Assembly: GCA_964410585.1 (NCBI GenBank)
Contig: CAYPFW010000001.1
Span: forward strand, 128,001-192,000
Direction of reading: 5' to 3'
DNA: 64,000 nucleotides
From: an uncultured archaeon
GTDB lineage: Archaea > Aenigmatarchaeota > Aenigmatarchaeia > QMZP01 > JACQNV01
Shown here one piece after another: positions 1-8,904 of this stretch. Below the pieces are notes generated by a model. That model did not search any database. It saw only the letters and a list, made by a program, of their open reading frames with translations, and was not told the origin of the DNA. Both the position numbers and the translations under genes were made by a program. Each line of letters begins with the position of its first letter. The first letter of the stretch is position 1.

Positions 1-144
1 AAACCTGTCTAAAAAGTGTACAGTATAAAAAAACCTTTCTCTAGTGTTCATTGGAGAAGTAGGCTAGAATGATTTATATATTTTAAAAAGATGTTTTGGA
101 TCAAAGAGGTTAACATAAGTTTATGTATTAGCTGTGGTATATAA

Positions 145-1119
145 TTAACCCTTAACATTCCCAACGGGAACCAACTTGACAACTTTTTGAGAAATATCTT
201 CATCAAGTCTATTTTTCTTTGATTCTATATATTTATCGAGAGCTACCTTTTTGATAAACCAGTTCCTTCCTATCTTGTGTGCTTCTATTTTTCCCTTTCT
301 TGCAAGCAGGCTAAGATATTCTTGTGAATATGGTGTGCCTTTTGATGCTTGCTCCAGGCTTATAAATTCCGGTCCCTTTTTGAAAGCATCCAAATAAAAG
401 TCTAGGCTTCTTTCCACATTGCGAGCAATAAAATTTGCAAATGGTTTAATGTCTCCTGAATCTGCTTTTCTAAGTTTGTCATAGTATTTATTCCTATCAA
501 CTTTTAGTACCATCGTTATTGGATATCCATGTTTCATCAAAAAGAGGTTCATGATCAATCTTGATGTTCTCCCATTACCATCTGTGAATGGGTGTATTTC
601 AACTAGTTTATAGTGTATAATTGCCGCGAGTTCTATAACATTCAAATTTTCTGGGTTGTTAGAGACATATTCTATAAACTCTTTCATTTTGTCAGGGACT
701 TTTTCAAACCTTGGCGGACTTTTTACAGCTCCCAAAATTCTTACATTTACATCTCTGTATCTGCCTGCATATTCATCATCAATACCTGTCAAAATTATCT
801 TGTGAACTCCCTTTATTGTATCCTCTGTTATTTGAGATGTTTTGTTTACAATGTCTTCCAAAAATTCAAAAGCTTTTTGGTGGTTTATAGCCTCAAAGTG
901 TTCCCTTAAAGGTTTTCCTTTTATTGTAATGCCTTCCTCTATAACAAGTTTTGTTTCTCTTAATGTAAGCGTGTTGCCCTCTATAGCATTTGAATTGTAT
1001 GCCAATTCTATTGCAAACTGTTTTCTCAAATTCTCCAATGCAGATTTCGGCAATGGTCTTAGCGCGTCCAATTCCTTCTTCTTTTTAACTATTCTTTGGT
1101 ATAATTCTTGATCTATCAT
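145..1119 (-). CDS. Fic-family protein (class II) with C-terminal HTH-like DNA-binding domain; last 16 aa copy the RtcB C-terminus
   Basis: Fic motif HPFTDGNGRTSR; inhibitory motif SNAIEGN; C-terminal ISLEQASKGTPYSQEYLSLLARKGKIEAHKIGRNWFI resembles an excisionase/MerR-like HTH. Confidence 0.92.
   Translation of the reverse strand: MIDQELYQRIVKKKKELDALRPLPKSALENLRKQFAIELAYNSNAIEGNTLTLRETKLVIEEGITIKGKPLREHFEAINHQKAFEFLEDIVNKTSQITEDTIKGVHKIILTGIDDEYAGRYRDVNVRILGAVKSPPRFEKVPDKMKEFIEYVSNNPENLNVIELAAIIHYKLVEIHPFTDGNGRTSRLIMNLFLMKHGYPITMVLKVDRNKYYDKLRKADSGDIKPFANFIARNVERSLDFYLDAFKKGPEFISLEQASKGTPYSQEYLSLLARKGKIEAHKIGRNWFIKKVALDKYIESKKNRLDEDISQKVVKLVPVGNVKG
146..195. repeat. 50-bp direct repeat, copy 1 (duplicate of the rtcB 3' end)
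   Basis: taacccttaacattcccaacgggaaccaacttgacaactttttgagaaat matches 1225-1274 at 47/50 positions. Confidence 0.95.
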
Positions 1120-1131
1120 ATCTATATATTG

Positions 1132-1210
1132 TATCGGATATCTTATAAATCTATCTATCCGATATATTAGAATACAGTATCGGATGCAACTGATTTTAAT
1201 CTATCCGATA
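1132..1210. promoter_or_regulatory. Two tandem inverted-repeat operators TATCGGATA-N15-TATCCGATA upstream of fic
   Basis: Half-sites at 1132-1140/1156-1164 and 1178-1186/1202-1210 (one mismatch), identical 15-bp spacers, 46-bp period. Confidence 0.75.
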
Positions 1211-1223
1211 TTGGAAGAAACAG

Positions 1224-2708
1224 CTAACCCTTAACATTCCCAATTGGAACCAACTTGACAACTTTCTGAGAAATGCCAGCGTTGTGTGCTGATTCGATGA
1301 CTTCGTCAATATCCTTGTACGCGCCACCAGCTTCTTCAGCTAAACCAGAGAACGAAACCGTTTTAACTAGAATTCCTCTCTTCTCCATATCTTTTTGTAG
1401 TTGCTCGCCTCTCCACTGCCTTTTCGCTGCGTTTCTTGACATTGTCCTTCCAGAACCGTGGCATGTTGATCCAAAAGTCTCTTCTTCTGCTTTTTTTGTG
1501 CCGACCAAGAGATATGAGCCAGTTTCCATTGAGCCACCGATGATCACAGGTTGTCCATCATCCCTGTAAATTTTAGGAACCTCCTCCCTTCCAGGACCAA
1601 GGCTTCTGGTTGCGCCTTTTCTATGTACGATGACTTTTTTCTTTTTTCCATCAACTACATATTCTTCAATTTTAGCGGTATTGTGCGCCACATCATACAC
1701 TTGTTTCATTCCTAAACTTTCCGGTGACTGTTTGAAAACATCTGAGAATACCTCTCTGATTCTGTGCAAAATAACTTGCCTATTTGCAAAGCTCATGTTT
1801 ATTCCAGTTTGCATTGCTTTGAAATAATCTTGTCCTTCAGGTGATTGGAAAGGAGCACAAGCAAGCTCCCTGTCCAAAATTTTTATTTTGTATTTAGATT
1901 CCATCACAGACAAAAATTTGGTCAAATAATCTGTTGCAACTTGGTGGCCATATCCTCTTGAACCACAATGGAACATCAAAACAATTTGATCTGGGAAAAT
2001 CCCCCATTTTTTTGCAAGTTCTTTGTTGATTATGTTTTCTGGCAGAACTCTTTGGATTTCTAAATAGTGGTTTCCAGAACCTAAAGTTCCTATCTGATCT
2101 TTACCTCTTTGGATAGCTTTGTCAGAAACTTTGGAAACATCTGCTGCTTTCATCCTTCCATTTTCTTCTGTCCTTTCCAAATCCTCTTCCCAACCATATC
2201 CTTGCTTCACACACCACTCTGCACCAAGTTCAACAACTTCTTTGAATTGTTGTGCATTTAGTTTCACAAAACCAGAAGATCCAACACCTGCAGGAACTCT
2301 ATCGTATAGTTTATTTACTAAGTTTCTTAGTTGAGGTTGGACATCTTTGAAAGTGAGATTTGTCAACACAAGACGCATGCCGCAGTTAATATCAAACCCT
2401 ATTCCACCTGGAGAAATCACACCTTCTTCTAAATCAAACGCAGCGACACCGCCAATCGGAAAACCGTATCCCCAGTGTCCATCTGGCATACAGTATGCAA
2501 ATTTCTGAATTCCGGGCAAGTTTGCGACATTGGTTATTTGGTCGTAGACTCCTGGGTCCATTTCGTTGACCAATTTCTTTGACGCGACAATTCTTGCCGG
2601 CACATTCATGCCAGTTTTGTGGGTTTTAGGGATTTCCCAGATGTATGGTGTGATCTGCTTGATTTCTTTTGGCTTCTCTATTCTGATCTGAGATCCTTCT
2701 TCGTTCAT
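1224..2708 (-). CDS. rtcB: RNA-splicing ligase RtcB
   Basis: MPDGHWGYGFPIGG, GFDINCG, GTLGSGNHYLE, HCGSRG, HRKGAT, STCHGSGR, EEAGGAYKD motifs. Confidence 0.98.
   Translation of the reverse strand: MNEEGSQIRIEKPKEIKQITPYIWEIPKTHKTGMNVPARIVASKKLVNEMDPGVYDQITNVANLPGIQKFAYCMPDGHWGYGFPIGGVAAFDLEEGVISPGGIGFDINCGMRLVLTNLTFKDVQPQLRNLVNKLYDRVPAGVGSSGFVKLNAQQFKEVVELGAEWCVKQGYGWEEDLERTEENGRMKAADVSKVSDKAIQRGKDQIGTLGSGNHYLEIQRVLPENIINKELAKKWGIFPDQIVLMFHCGSRGYGHQVATDYLTKFLSVMESKYKIKILDRELACAPFQSPEGQDYFKAMQTGINMSFANRQVILHRIREVFSDVFKQSPESLGMKQVYDVAHNTAKIEEYVVDGKKKKVIVHRKGATRSLGPGREEVPKIYRDDGQPVIIGGSMETGSYLLVGTKKAEEETFGSTCHGSGRTMSRNAAKRQWRGEQLQKDMEKRGILVKTVSFSGLAEEAGGAYKDIDEVIESAHNAGISQKVVKLVPIGNVKG
1225..1274. 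repeat. 50-bp direct repeat, copy 2 (rtcB 3' end)
   Basis: Matches 146-195 at 47/50 positions. Confidence 0.95.
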
Positions 2709-2745
2709 AGGCTATAATAGAAATAGATCAATATAAATATCTAAA

Positions 2746-3828
2746 TCATCTTTTCCCTCTAACAGCTTCCTCTACTTCGTGAATATCATTAGAAATTTCA
2801 TCAAAACTACTAAGGGCTTTCACACGCTCTTCTTCTGTCATGTACATACCGTTATAAACTAGATATGTTGGTACTCCAGTTTCGCCTCCTCTGCCTTTAG
2901 ATATAAAACCACCTTTGAGAACAACCCAGGGAGCCAGTGGATGGCCAGAAAAGCTAAACCTCGACGCTCTGATCGAAGATTCTATTGCAGCTCTAGGATC
3001 TTCTACACCTGTTTTTTGGTAGAAGAAGTCTCTAATTGTTTCGTTTTCATCTAACCACATCAAACCAGAATTTCTAGATGGGTTTTCTTGATCTAAATAC
3101 CAATCCATGAAATTATCAAAAAATCTTCCAGCGTCTTGTATAGCTGCACCAAAGTCGCGTTGACCTCTAACAGTTCTCTTGAACACATAAGCATCTATAG
3201 AAAATCCTCCAACTTCTACACCAACAACACTATCAAATCCTAAGGTTCCTCTTTTAACATCTCTCAGTATTCCTTCTGCTCCTTGTTTTAATTCTTTCTC
3301 GAATTTTGGATTGAAAGAACCGACCATATGTATTTCAACTTGATAAACTGGTTTATCTTGGTTTTCAAACAAAGCATAACCTTTCAAAGCTCTGTGCACT
3401 GCCAAAGGATTCTTAAAAATAGGATCGTGAACTGGAATAACTATTCTTGTTGGATCTCTGTCAAAATGAGTAAAGTCTGTACCAACTGTCCTCTGCAATC
3501 TTTCTATATCGCCCATAGCTGTTTGCAGAAAAGTTGGAGATTCAATATAGCCTTTCTCTCTTTTACCTGAATAAAATCTATAAAATACTTGTGCTTCTAA
3601 ACATCCACCAGTATCTAAACTTGGTTTTATATCTCTGTGTGACCAAACAGAACCGTGCCTACCCTCGAATGTATATTCGGGTGTTTTCGGTCTCCCGTCT
3701 ACCTTCTCCATTGTTCTAAAAAAGGGTTCTAAGACACCACGATTTTTAAAAAGCCAGTTTGCATCTGACTCATAATCTTCTCCCCTTGTAGGATATGTTC
3801 TCGCTGATACCGCTTTTACTTTTATCAT
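2746..3828 (-). CDS. Hypothetical protein (orphan, Lys-poor class)
   Basis: 360-aa ORF with TATA-like box upstream; no recognisable motif. Confidence 0.75.
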   Translation of the reverse strand: MIKVKAVSARTYPTRGEDYESDANWLFKNRGVLEPFFRTMEKVDGRPKTPEYTFEGRHGSVWSHRDIKPSLDTGGCLEAQVFYRFYSGKREKGYIESPTFLQTAMGDIERLQRTVGTDFTHFDRDPTRIVIPVHDPIFKNPLAVHRALKGYALFENQDKPVYQVEIHMVGSFNPKFEKELKQGAEGILRDVKRGTLGFDSVVGVEVGGFSIDAYVFKRTVRGQRDFGAAIQDAGRFFDNFMDWYLDQENPSRNSGLMWLDENETIRDFFYQKTGVEDPRAAIESSIRASRFSFSGHPLAPWVVLKGGFISKGRGGETGVPTYLVYNGMYMTEEERVKALSSFDEISNDIHEVEEAVRGKR

Positions 3829-4037
3829 GCTATTACTTGAGGTAGTAAGCTTTAAATTACTACTGGAGAGTTAAACGCTTAAAAAGCTTTGCCTATAGAA
3901 ATTCGCCCTAATTTAGATCCATTAAACAACATGCCACAAAAATTATCCAAATTTAAAACTTTCTGCCAACTTATAGAATTGGATACATCTGATTGAACAG
4001 TGTTCAAAGGCCAAAAAGATGTATTGGGCATTATATT

Positions 4038-5003
4038 ATGGAAGCAGAAGCACAAAATGTCATTGCAATAATGAGTGATTTTGATAGGACACTTTCACCT
4101 AGTTGCTTGACTCCACTTTTCAAGGAAAGAGGAATCACAGAAGACGAGTTCTTGAAACTAGCAAATGATAGATATAATTTAGAAAGAGCGGATTTTCTAA
4201 GAAGAGTTGAATTAGAAGAAGCACAGCTTCCAGAACACCTTAGGATCAATCCCAGAATGCAGGAGAGGTCGCACCCTTCACCTGAAGTTGCTTATTTCAA
4301 TGTTCTTCTGGATTTGGTGAGAGAGAATGAAAAGTTTAGAGGTTTATCAAGAGCCGAGCTTAGAGAATTGGGAAGAGAGGTTAAGTTCTATGATGGTGCC
4401 CCAGATTTTGTAAGAGAAATGAAAGAAGAGGTACAGAGAGATCAAAATTGGTCAAAGCACAAAATCACTTTAGAATTTCACATTGTAAGTTCAGGTCCTG
4501 CAGAAATAATTAGAGGAACAAGTATATCCAGTTTTTGCAACGGGATTTTTGGATTGGAAACATATGCAGTAGACCCAACATCAATGACAGATCCTATCCA
4601 TGAAGTTGTTTCTCCAATGACATTCACAGACAAAACAGGCGTTGTTCACAAAGTGCACAAAGGTCCTGATGTTCATGTGAATGATTATGTTCCACCACAC
4701 TTGAGAAGAGTAAGCGGTTCTTGTCTAATCTACATGGGCGATGGATCAACAGATGTGCCTCCAATGTCTGCAACAAGAACACTTGGTGGAAGATCGATTG
4801 CAGTTTATACTCCAGGTAACATAAAAACAGCTTTTGATTTGAGAGACCAGGACAGAGTTTTTGCCTATGGTCCTGCAGATTTCAGGCAAGGAAGTGTGAC
4901 AAGAGATACTTTACAAATGTTGGTTAGAAAAGCAGCAGAAGGAATAATTTACAGACATGAAAAAATGATAAGAGAGGGAACAGGAAGGGGTGCAAGATTT
5001 TAG
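4038..5003 (+). CDS. HAD-superfamily hydrolase
   Basis: Motif I DFDRTL, motif II IVSSG, K in TDKT, motif IV YMGDGSTD; ATG start at 4038 preferred. Confidence 0.85.
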   Translation: MEAEAQNVIAIMSDFDRTLSPSCLTPLFKERGITEDEFLKLANDRYNLERADFLRRVELEEAQLPEHLRINPRMQERSHPSPEVAYFNVLLDLVRENEKFRGLSRAELRELGREVKFYDGAPDFVREMKEEVQRDQNWSKHKITLEFHIVSSGPAEIIRGTSISSFCNGIFGLETYAVDPTSMTDPIHEVVSPMTFTDKTGVVHKVHKGPDVHVNDYVPPHLRRVSGSCLIYMGDGSTDVPPMSATRTLGGRSIAVYTPGNIKTAFDLRDQDRVFAYGPADFRQGSVTRDTLQMLVRKAAEGIIYRHEKMIREGTGRGARF

Positions 5004-5767
5004 AGATACTTTTTAAAGAAATCAATTGTTTTGGTGTTCGCTTCTTTTGCATCTTTTTTCTTGTCATGGAAGCCGTGTTCTGCGCCTTCTACTGTGAAAA
5101 GTTCTGATTTTCCCCCAAATGTTTTTACATATTTTTCAGAATCAGAATAAGGAACATATGTGTCCTTGTCTCCGTGGACAATAAGAACGGAGCATTTTAT
5201 TTTCGGGAAAAGGACCTCTAAGTTTGTTGATTTCAATTCTCTATACATTTCCTTTCCCATCTTTTTTTTATTTACTTCTAAAAATCCCTTTTCTTCTATT
5301 TCTTTCCATTTTCCTCCAAATTTTCTTTTTCCCCATTTTGTCTTTGGTTCTAAAAATACATTTTTGTAATCTAGTATAGGATTCCATAAACACAGGGCTT
5401 GTGGATTTTTTTTAGCTGAGTACAAAACTCCGATAGATCCGCCAAATGAAGCAGCAACAATGCCTATTTTTTTGAATTTTTTGAATCGAAGAAAATCAAC
5501 AACTTCTGAAAGATCTTCAACTTCTCCAGAAACAGTGAAATCTTTCCAACTTCCTCCAGACTCTCCATGATATCTAAAATCAAATCTAAATGTTGCAAAA
5601 CCATCCTCTGTTAGCTCTTTTGCAAGTTTTGTGAAAATCCCACCTTCCTCTTTATCTACAGAAAATCCGTGTGCCAAAACAATGGCTGTGTCTGTTGGTT
5701 TATCTGGCTGAGTTAAAATACCAACAAGTGGAATTTTTGTCCCGATTTTAATTTTTGTTTGCTTCAT
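5000..5767 (-). CDS. Alpha/beta hydrolase
   Basis: HGF oxyanion motif, ASFGG nucleophile elbow, HGDKD, C-terminal catalytic His (AEHGF). Confidence 0.9.
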   Translation of the reverse strand: MKQTKIKIGTKIPLVGILTQPDKPTDTAIVLAHGFSVDKEEGGIFTKLAKELTEDGFATFRFDFRYHGESGGSWKDFTVSGEVEDLSEVVDFLRFKKFKKIGIVAASFGGSIGVLYSAKKNPQALCLWNPILDYKNVFLEPKTKWGKRKFGGKWKEIEEKGFLEVNKKKMGKEMYRELKSTNLEVLFPKIKCSVLIVHGDKDTYVPYSDSEKYVKTFGGKSELFTVEGAEHGFHDKKKDAKEANTKTIDFFKKYL

Positions 5768-6539
5768 TCAAATAACCCCTTGGAAGTCTGTACCTAAATC
5801 TTGCTTCACCATCAAGCGCTTCAAAAGTAAGTGCTCCGCCTTGAGATTCAGCCATTCTTCTTGCTACAAAAAGTCCTATGCCGCTTCCATCAACCTTGTT
5901 TCCAGGAACTCTAAAATTCAAATCAAAAAGATGTTCTCTATGTTCAGGTGGTATTGTTTCACAATCATTTGAAACAACCAAATCAACATATTCTTTTCTA
6001 GTTCTGATTTTCAAATCAACATGAGTCTTCCCATATTTGCATGCATTTGAAAAAAGATTTGTAACAACAATTCTACTCAAATACGGGTCACCACTAACAT
6101 ATCTAGGTCTCTGTTTCCTTATATGAGGTTTTCCATTATATGTTAAAGGAAGTCTTATGCGTCCCTGTTTAGTGGTTTTGAAGGAGACTTGACCTTCATC
6201 TGATCCCATGTCATCCAGAACTTCATAAATAACTGAATTTAAATCAAAAGGTTTTATCTGGGGTCTTGTTCTACCTTCGATAGCAGAAGCATATTCTGTG
6301 AGAAGTGACAATTTATTACTGATAGAGTTTGCTGCCCTTTGTATGTGCTGTGTATCATCTTTTATTGCTCTTAATCCGTCTTTTGTAGGATTATCTAAAA
6401 CTTCTTCCTGTAATATAAGTTGGCAAAATCCATGAATTGCAGTGACAGGGCTATTCAATTCATGTAAAAAATCCCACAAAAGATCAAATCCATTAACTTT
6501 GGCAACGTTGGAATTTGAATCCCTCTTCTCTTCTGTCAT
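5748..6539 (-). CDS. Sensor-less histidine kinase (HisKA + HATPase)
   Basis: H-box FLHELNSP, N-box NLFSNACKY, G2 GSGIGL; G1 box degenerate (SNDCETIP); start uncertain because it overlaps the upstream gene. Confidence 0.85.
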   Translation of the reverse strand: MTEEKRDSNSNVAKVNGFDLLWDFLHELNSPVTAIHGFCQLILQEEVLDNPTKDGLRAIKDDTQHIQRAANSISNKLSLLTEYASAIEGRTRPQIKPFDLNSVIYEVLDDMGSDEGQVSFKTTKQGRIRLPLTYNGKPHIRKQRPRYVSGDPYLSRIVVTNLFSNACKYGKTHVDLKIRTRKEYVDLVVSNDCETIPPEHREHLFDLNFRVPGNKVDGSGIGLFVARRMAESQGGALTFEALDGEARFRYRLPRGYLNEANKN

Positions 6540-6993
6540 ATTCAATCTTCGTCCCTTCTATTTCTTTTGCATGTTTTTTTGCAACAAAAAATTTGAGTCC
6601 GTGTTTTTTTACAACAATATCATCCTTGGTCGAATTTTTTTCAATCTCCATACCATATGCATATTTGTTTGGGCTTGGTGAATGAACCAATACACGGAAG
6701 GCCCACCCTTTCTTATTTTTATTCGCAAGAAGTTTTTTAAACTCTTCTGCTGCCTCTTCAGATAAGTCTATAAGTTTTTCTGTGTCTATTTCAACTGGTT
6801 TTTTTGATTCCTCAAATCCCTTTTCCAAAATTTCCAAGATATCATCGACACTTTTCCCTGAATCTAGGATATTTTTTTCCAAACTCTCCAAAACTTTGAG
6901 TGTATTTATTCCATTCTTTTTCAAAACAGTTATTGATCCAGGAAAAGTAGACATTAATTCAAGTACATTCATTTGTTTTTTAATCATTGACAT
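6493..6993 (-). CDS. DUF1858-like domain fused to an A-type Fe-S carrier (HesB/IscA-like) domain, Cys motifs lost
   Basis: IDLSEEAAEEFK, FRVLV, YAYGMEIE, GLKFFV, GTKIEYD, EGFKF follow the IscA/HesB pattern; start MSMIKK at 6993. Confidence 0.7.
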   Translation of the reverse strand: MSMIKKQMNVLELMSTFPGSITVLKKNGINTLKVLESLEKNILDSGKSVDDILEILEKGFEESKKPVEIDTEKLIDLSEEAAEEFKKLLANKNKKGWAFRVLVHSPSPNKYAYGMEIEKNSTKDDIVVKKHGLKFFVAKKHAKEIEGTKIEYDRREEGFKFQRCQS

Positions 6994-7008
6994 ATATGGT
7001 CCAAAACC

Positions 7009-7057
7009 GTTTCTTTTGGGTACGGTAGACTTTTCTTTTTGAAAGAAAAGGATAGCT
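7009..7057 (+). repeat. Family A hairpin/mirror repeat, copy A1
   Basis: GTTTCTTTTGGGTACGGTAGACTTTTCTTTTTGAAAGAAAAGGATAGCT. Confidence 0.9.
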
Positions 7058-7085
7058 ATTAATTGGTTTTTGTTATAAAAAGATT

Positions 7086-8204
7086 TCAAAAAGTTTCTGA
7101 ACTGTGTGAATCTCTTGCGATTTCTTCTGCTAATGTTATTTTATGCCTAAGTTGATGGGCTAAAAATCTTTTTCCTCTTTCAGGGGCTGTTGAGCCAAGT
7201 ATGAAGGAGACTGTATCTGAAACACGTTCATTGAATTTGTCTGGATCAGTCATAACTTGATTAATAGAATCTCTCACATGTTGTTTTACTTGTTCTCGAT
7301 CTAAAGTGGTTCTTCCCCTTTCAAGTTCTAATAAATTGTGCATGTAGGTTGTTTGCTCAAGTGTATATCTAATTATTTTATCACCTTTAATTCCCATTAG
7401 TTGAGTTTTTCCTCCAATTCCCCTTTCAGCCCAACCTTCTCTTACAACAGAAAGTGCAATTCTTGCACCTTCGCTTTCGGATATTGGCCTTCCGTGAAGT
7501 GATTCTACATCTAATGTTGAACCTATAATTGATCTAGAAACAACATGCACTGTATCACGCGAAGCAAATGGTCCAATGACATGGAAATAGCCAGCGTCTT
7601 GCGCAGACCCTGGAAAATCTACACCATATATTTCAAATGTGCTTGTTCTTGTGTTTAGGCCTGCAACTATGAAATTTCCTTCTGTTATTGGTCTGCCATC
7701 AAAAAATCCATTTTGGTATGCTGATTCCAGTATTCCCAAATGTTGGGGTAGTATTTGTTTTGGTGTTTCTGCAAGTCTCATTTCTAAAAGTCTAATCATT
7801 TCAAGAGAAGTTGGGTCTGTTTGTCCTTGAAGAGCAGCAAGTTGTCCCTGAGCATCTGCTTTTTCCTTATCTAGTGTTTGTTGATCCTTTCCTCTATGTT
7901 TCCAATCAACTTCTGCATATCCCAGAGTTCTGAGAGGACCTCTGTAAAAAATTATATCCCTTTCTATAGAATAAGCATCTTCAACAGATTTTACTGCTGA
8001 ATCCATGTCTTGCGGTTGTCCGCCTCTTAAAGACTTAAGCACAGGATCCCTGAGAGCCAAATCACCTGAAAATCCTAAAAGAAATCTTCCATGTGAAAAT
8101 ATTTTATCCTCATATTTTACAGCTCGACCTCTGTATGAATATGCCCTGTCTGCTGCAAACAATCCGCTATCTTCAGTTAGCCTTAATGCAATTAAGATTG
8201 ACAT
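7086..8204 (-). CDS. Divergent proteasome-beta-like Ntn-hydrolase protein with Ser1, internal insertion and C-terminal extension
   Basis: MSILIAL...AADR...DKIF...GFSG...FIVAG...IYGVD...VIG...GIGG follows the 20S beta/HslV pattern. Confidence 0.7.
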   Translation of the reverse strand: MSILIALRLTEDSGLFAADRAYSYRGRAVKYEDKIFSHGRFLLGFSGDLALRDPVLKSLRGGQPQDMDSAVKSVEDAYSIERDIIFYRGPLRTLGYAEVDWKHRGKDQQTLDKEKADAQGQLAALQGQTDPTSLEMIRLLEMRLAETPKQILPQHLGILESAYQNGFFDGRPITEGNFIVAGLNTRTSTFEIYGVDFPGSAQDAGYFHVIGPFASRDTVHVVSRSIIGSTLDVESLHGRPISESEGARIALSVVREGWAERGIGGKTQLMGIKGDKIIRYTLEQTTYMHNLLELERGRTTLDREQVKQHVRDSINQVMTDPDKFNERVSDTVSFILGSTAPERGKRFLAHQLRHKITLAEEIARDSHSSETF

Positions 8205-8312
8205 ATGATATTCTGCAAGATATTAGTACTTAGCAGTAAGTTATTTAAGCTAGTTGAAAACCTCAAAAAACAGCAAGCTTTATAAGCCTTTCGGCATCCC
8301 GTAAATCTTGTA

Positions 8313-8903
8313 TTATACTTTCTCCAAAACACGTATACAGAGGTCCTGTACTTTATTTTCTTCTTCTAATACCTCTTCTAATTTAGCCCTTGTTTCAGGG
8401 TGTTCTGGTCCCAAAATATCGCAGTGCTCCTTTCCTTTTGAAATTTCATATGTCCCTATTTCCTTAGCAAAATCCATTATTTCCTGCTTATCGAAACTTA
8501 AAAGAGGTCTTAGTATGTTTGTTTTTGTTGCCTGGGAAACGACGACCAAATTTTGCAAAGTTTGTGAAGAAACTTGGGCCAAATTATCCCCTGTGATTAT
8601 GAAATCGCAATCCTCCCTTTCAGCGACTTTTTCAGCTATTTTCAAAAATAATCTTTTCATAAGAACAAAGTACAAATCTCGTTTGCATTTTTTTGAAATT
8701 TCCAAAAGCTCTTTGCTTATGTCAACTGAAAAAAATTTGAAGCCCAATTTATCTGCTATTTGTTTTGATTTTTGAGTTGGTGAATTGTCAGTAAGAAGCT
8801 CATATGAAAAATTCAAGGCTAGGATTTCCAGTCCTTTTTCCTTCATCAGATACCCAGCAACAGGTGAATCAAACCCTCCGCTGAGCAAAAGAAGTCCTTT
8901 CAT
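8313..8903 (-). CDS. ThiI-like tRNA thiouridylase catalytic domain (no THUMP domain)
   Basis: PP-loop LSGGFDSP, GDNLAQVSSQT, RPL, DKQEI. Confidence 0.85.
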   Translation of the reverse strand: MKGLLLLSGGFDSPVAGYLMKEKGLEILALNFSYELLTDNSPTQKSKQIADKLGFKFFSVDISKELLEISKKCKRDLYFVLMKRLFLKIAEKVAEREDCDFIITGDNLAQVSSQTLQNLVVVSQATKTNILRPLLSFDKQEIMDFAKEIGTYEISKGKEHCDILGPEHPETRAKLEEVLEEENKVQDLCIRVLEKV

Positions 8904-8904
8904 A

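Noticed and set aside
145-3828. Prophage or integrative element around fic
   Set aside because: No integrase, transposase or viral gene is visible; only the short duplication is supported.
6455-6495. TAATG stop-start overlap and T6 run suggesting a programmed frameshift into the His kinase
   Set aside because: The slippery run is not phased for entry from that ATG frame, and an in-frame ATG exists at 6539.
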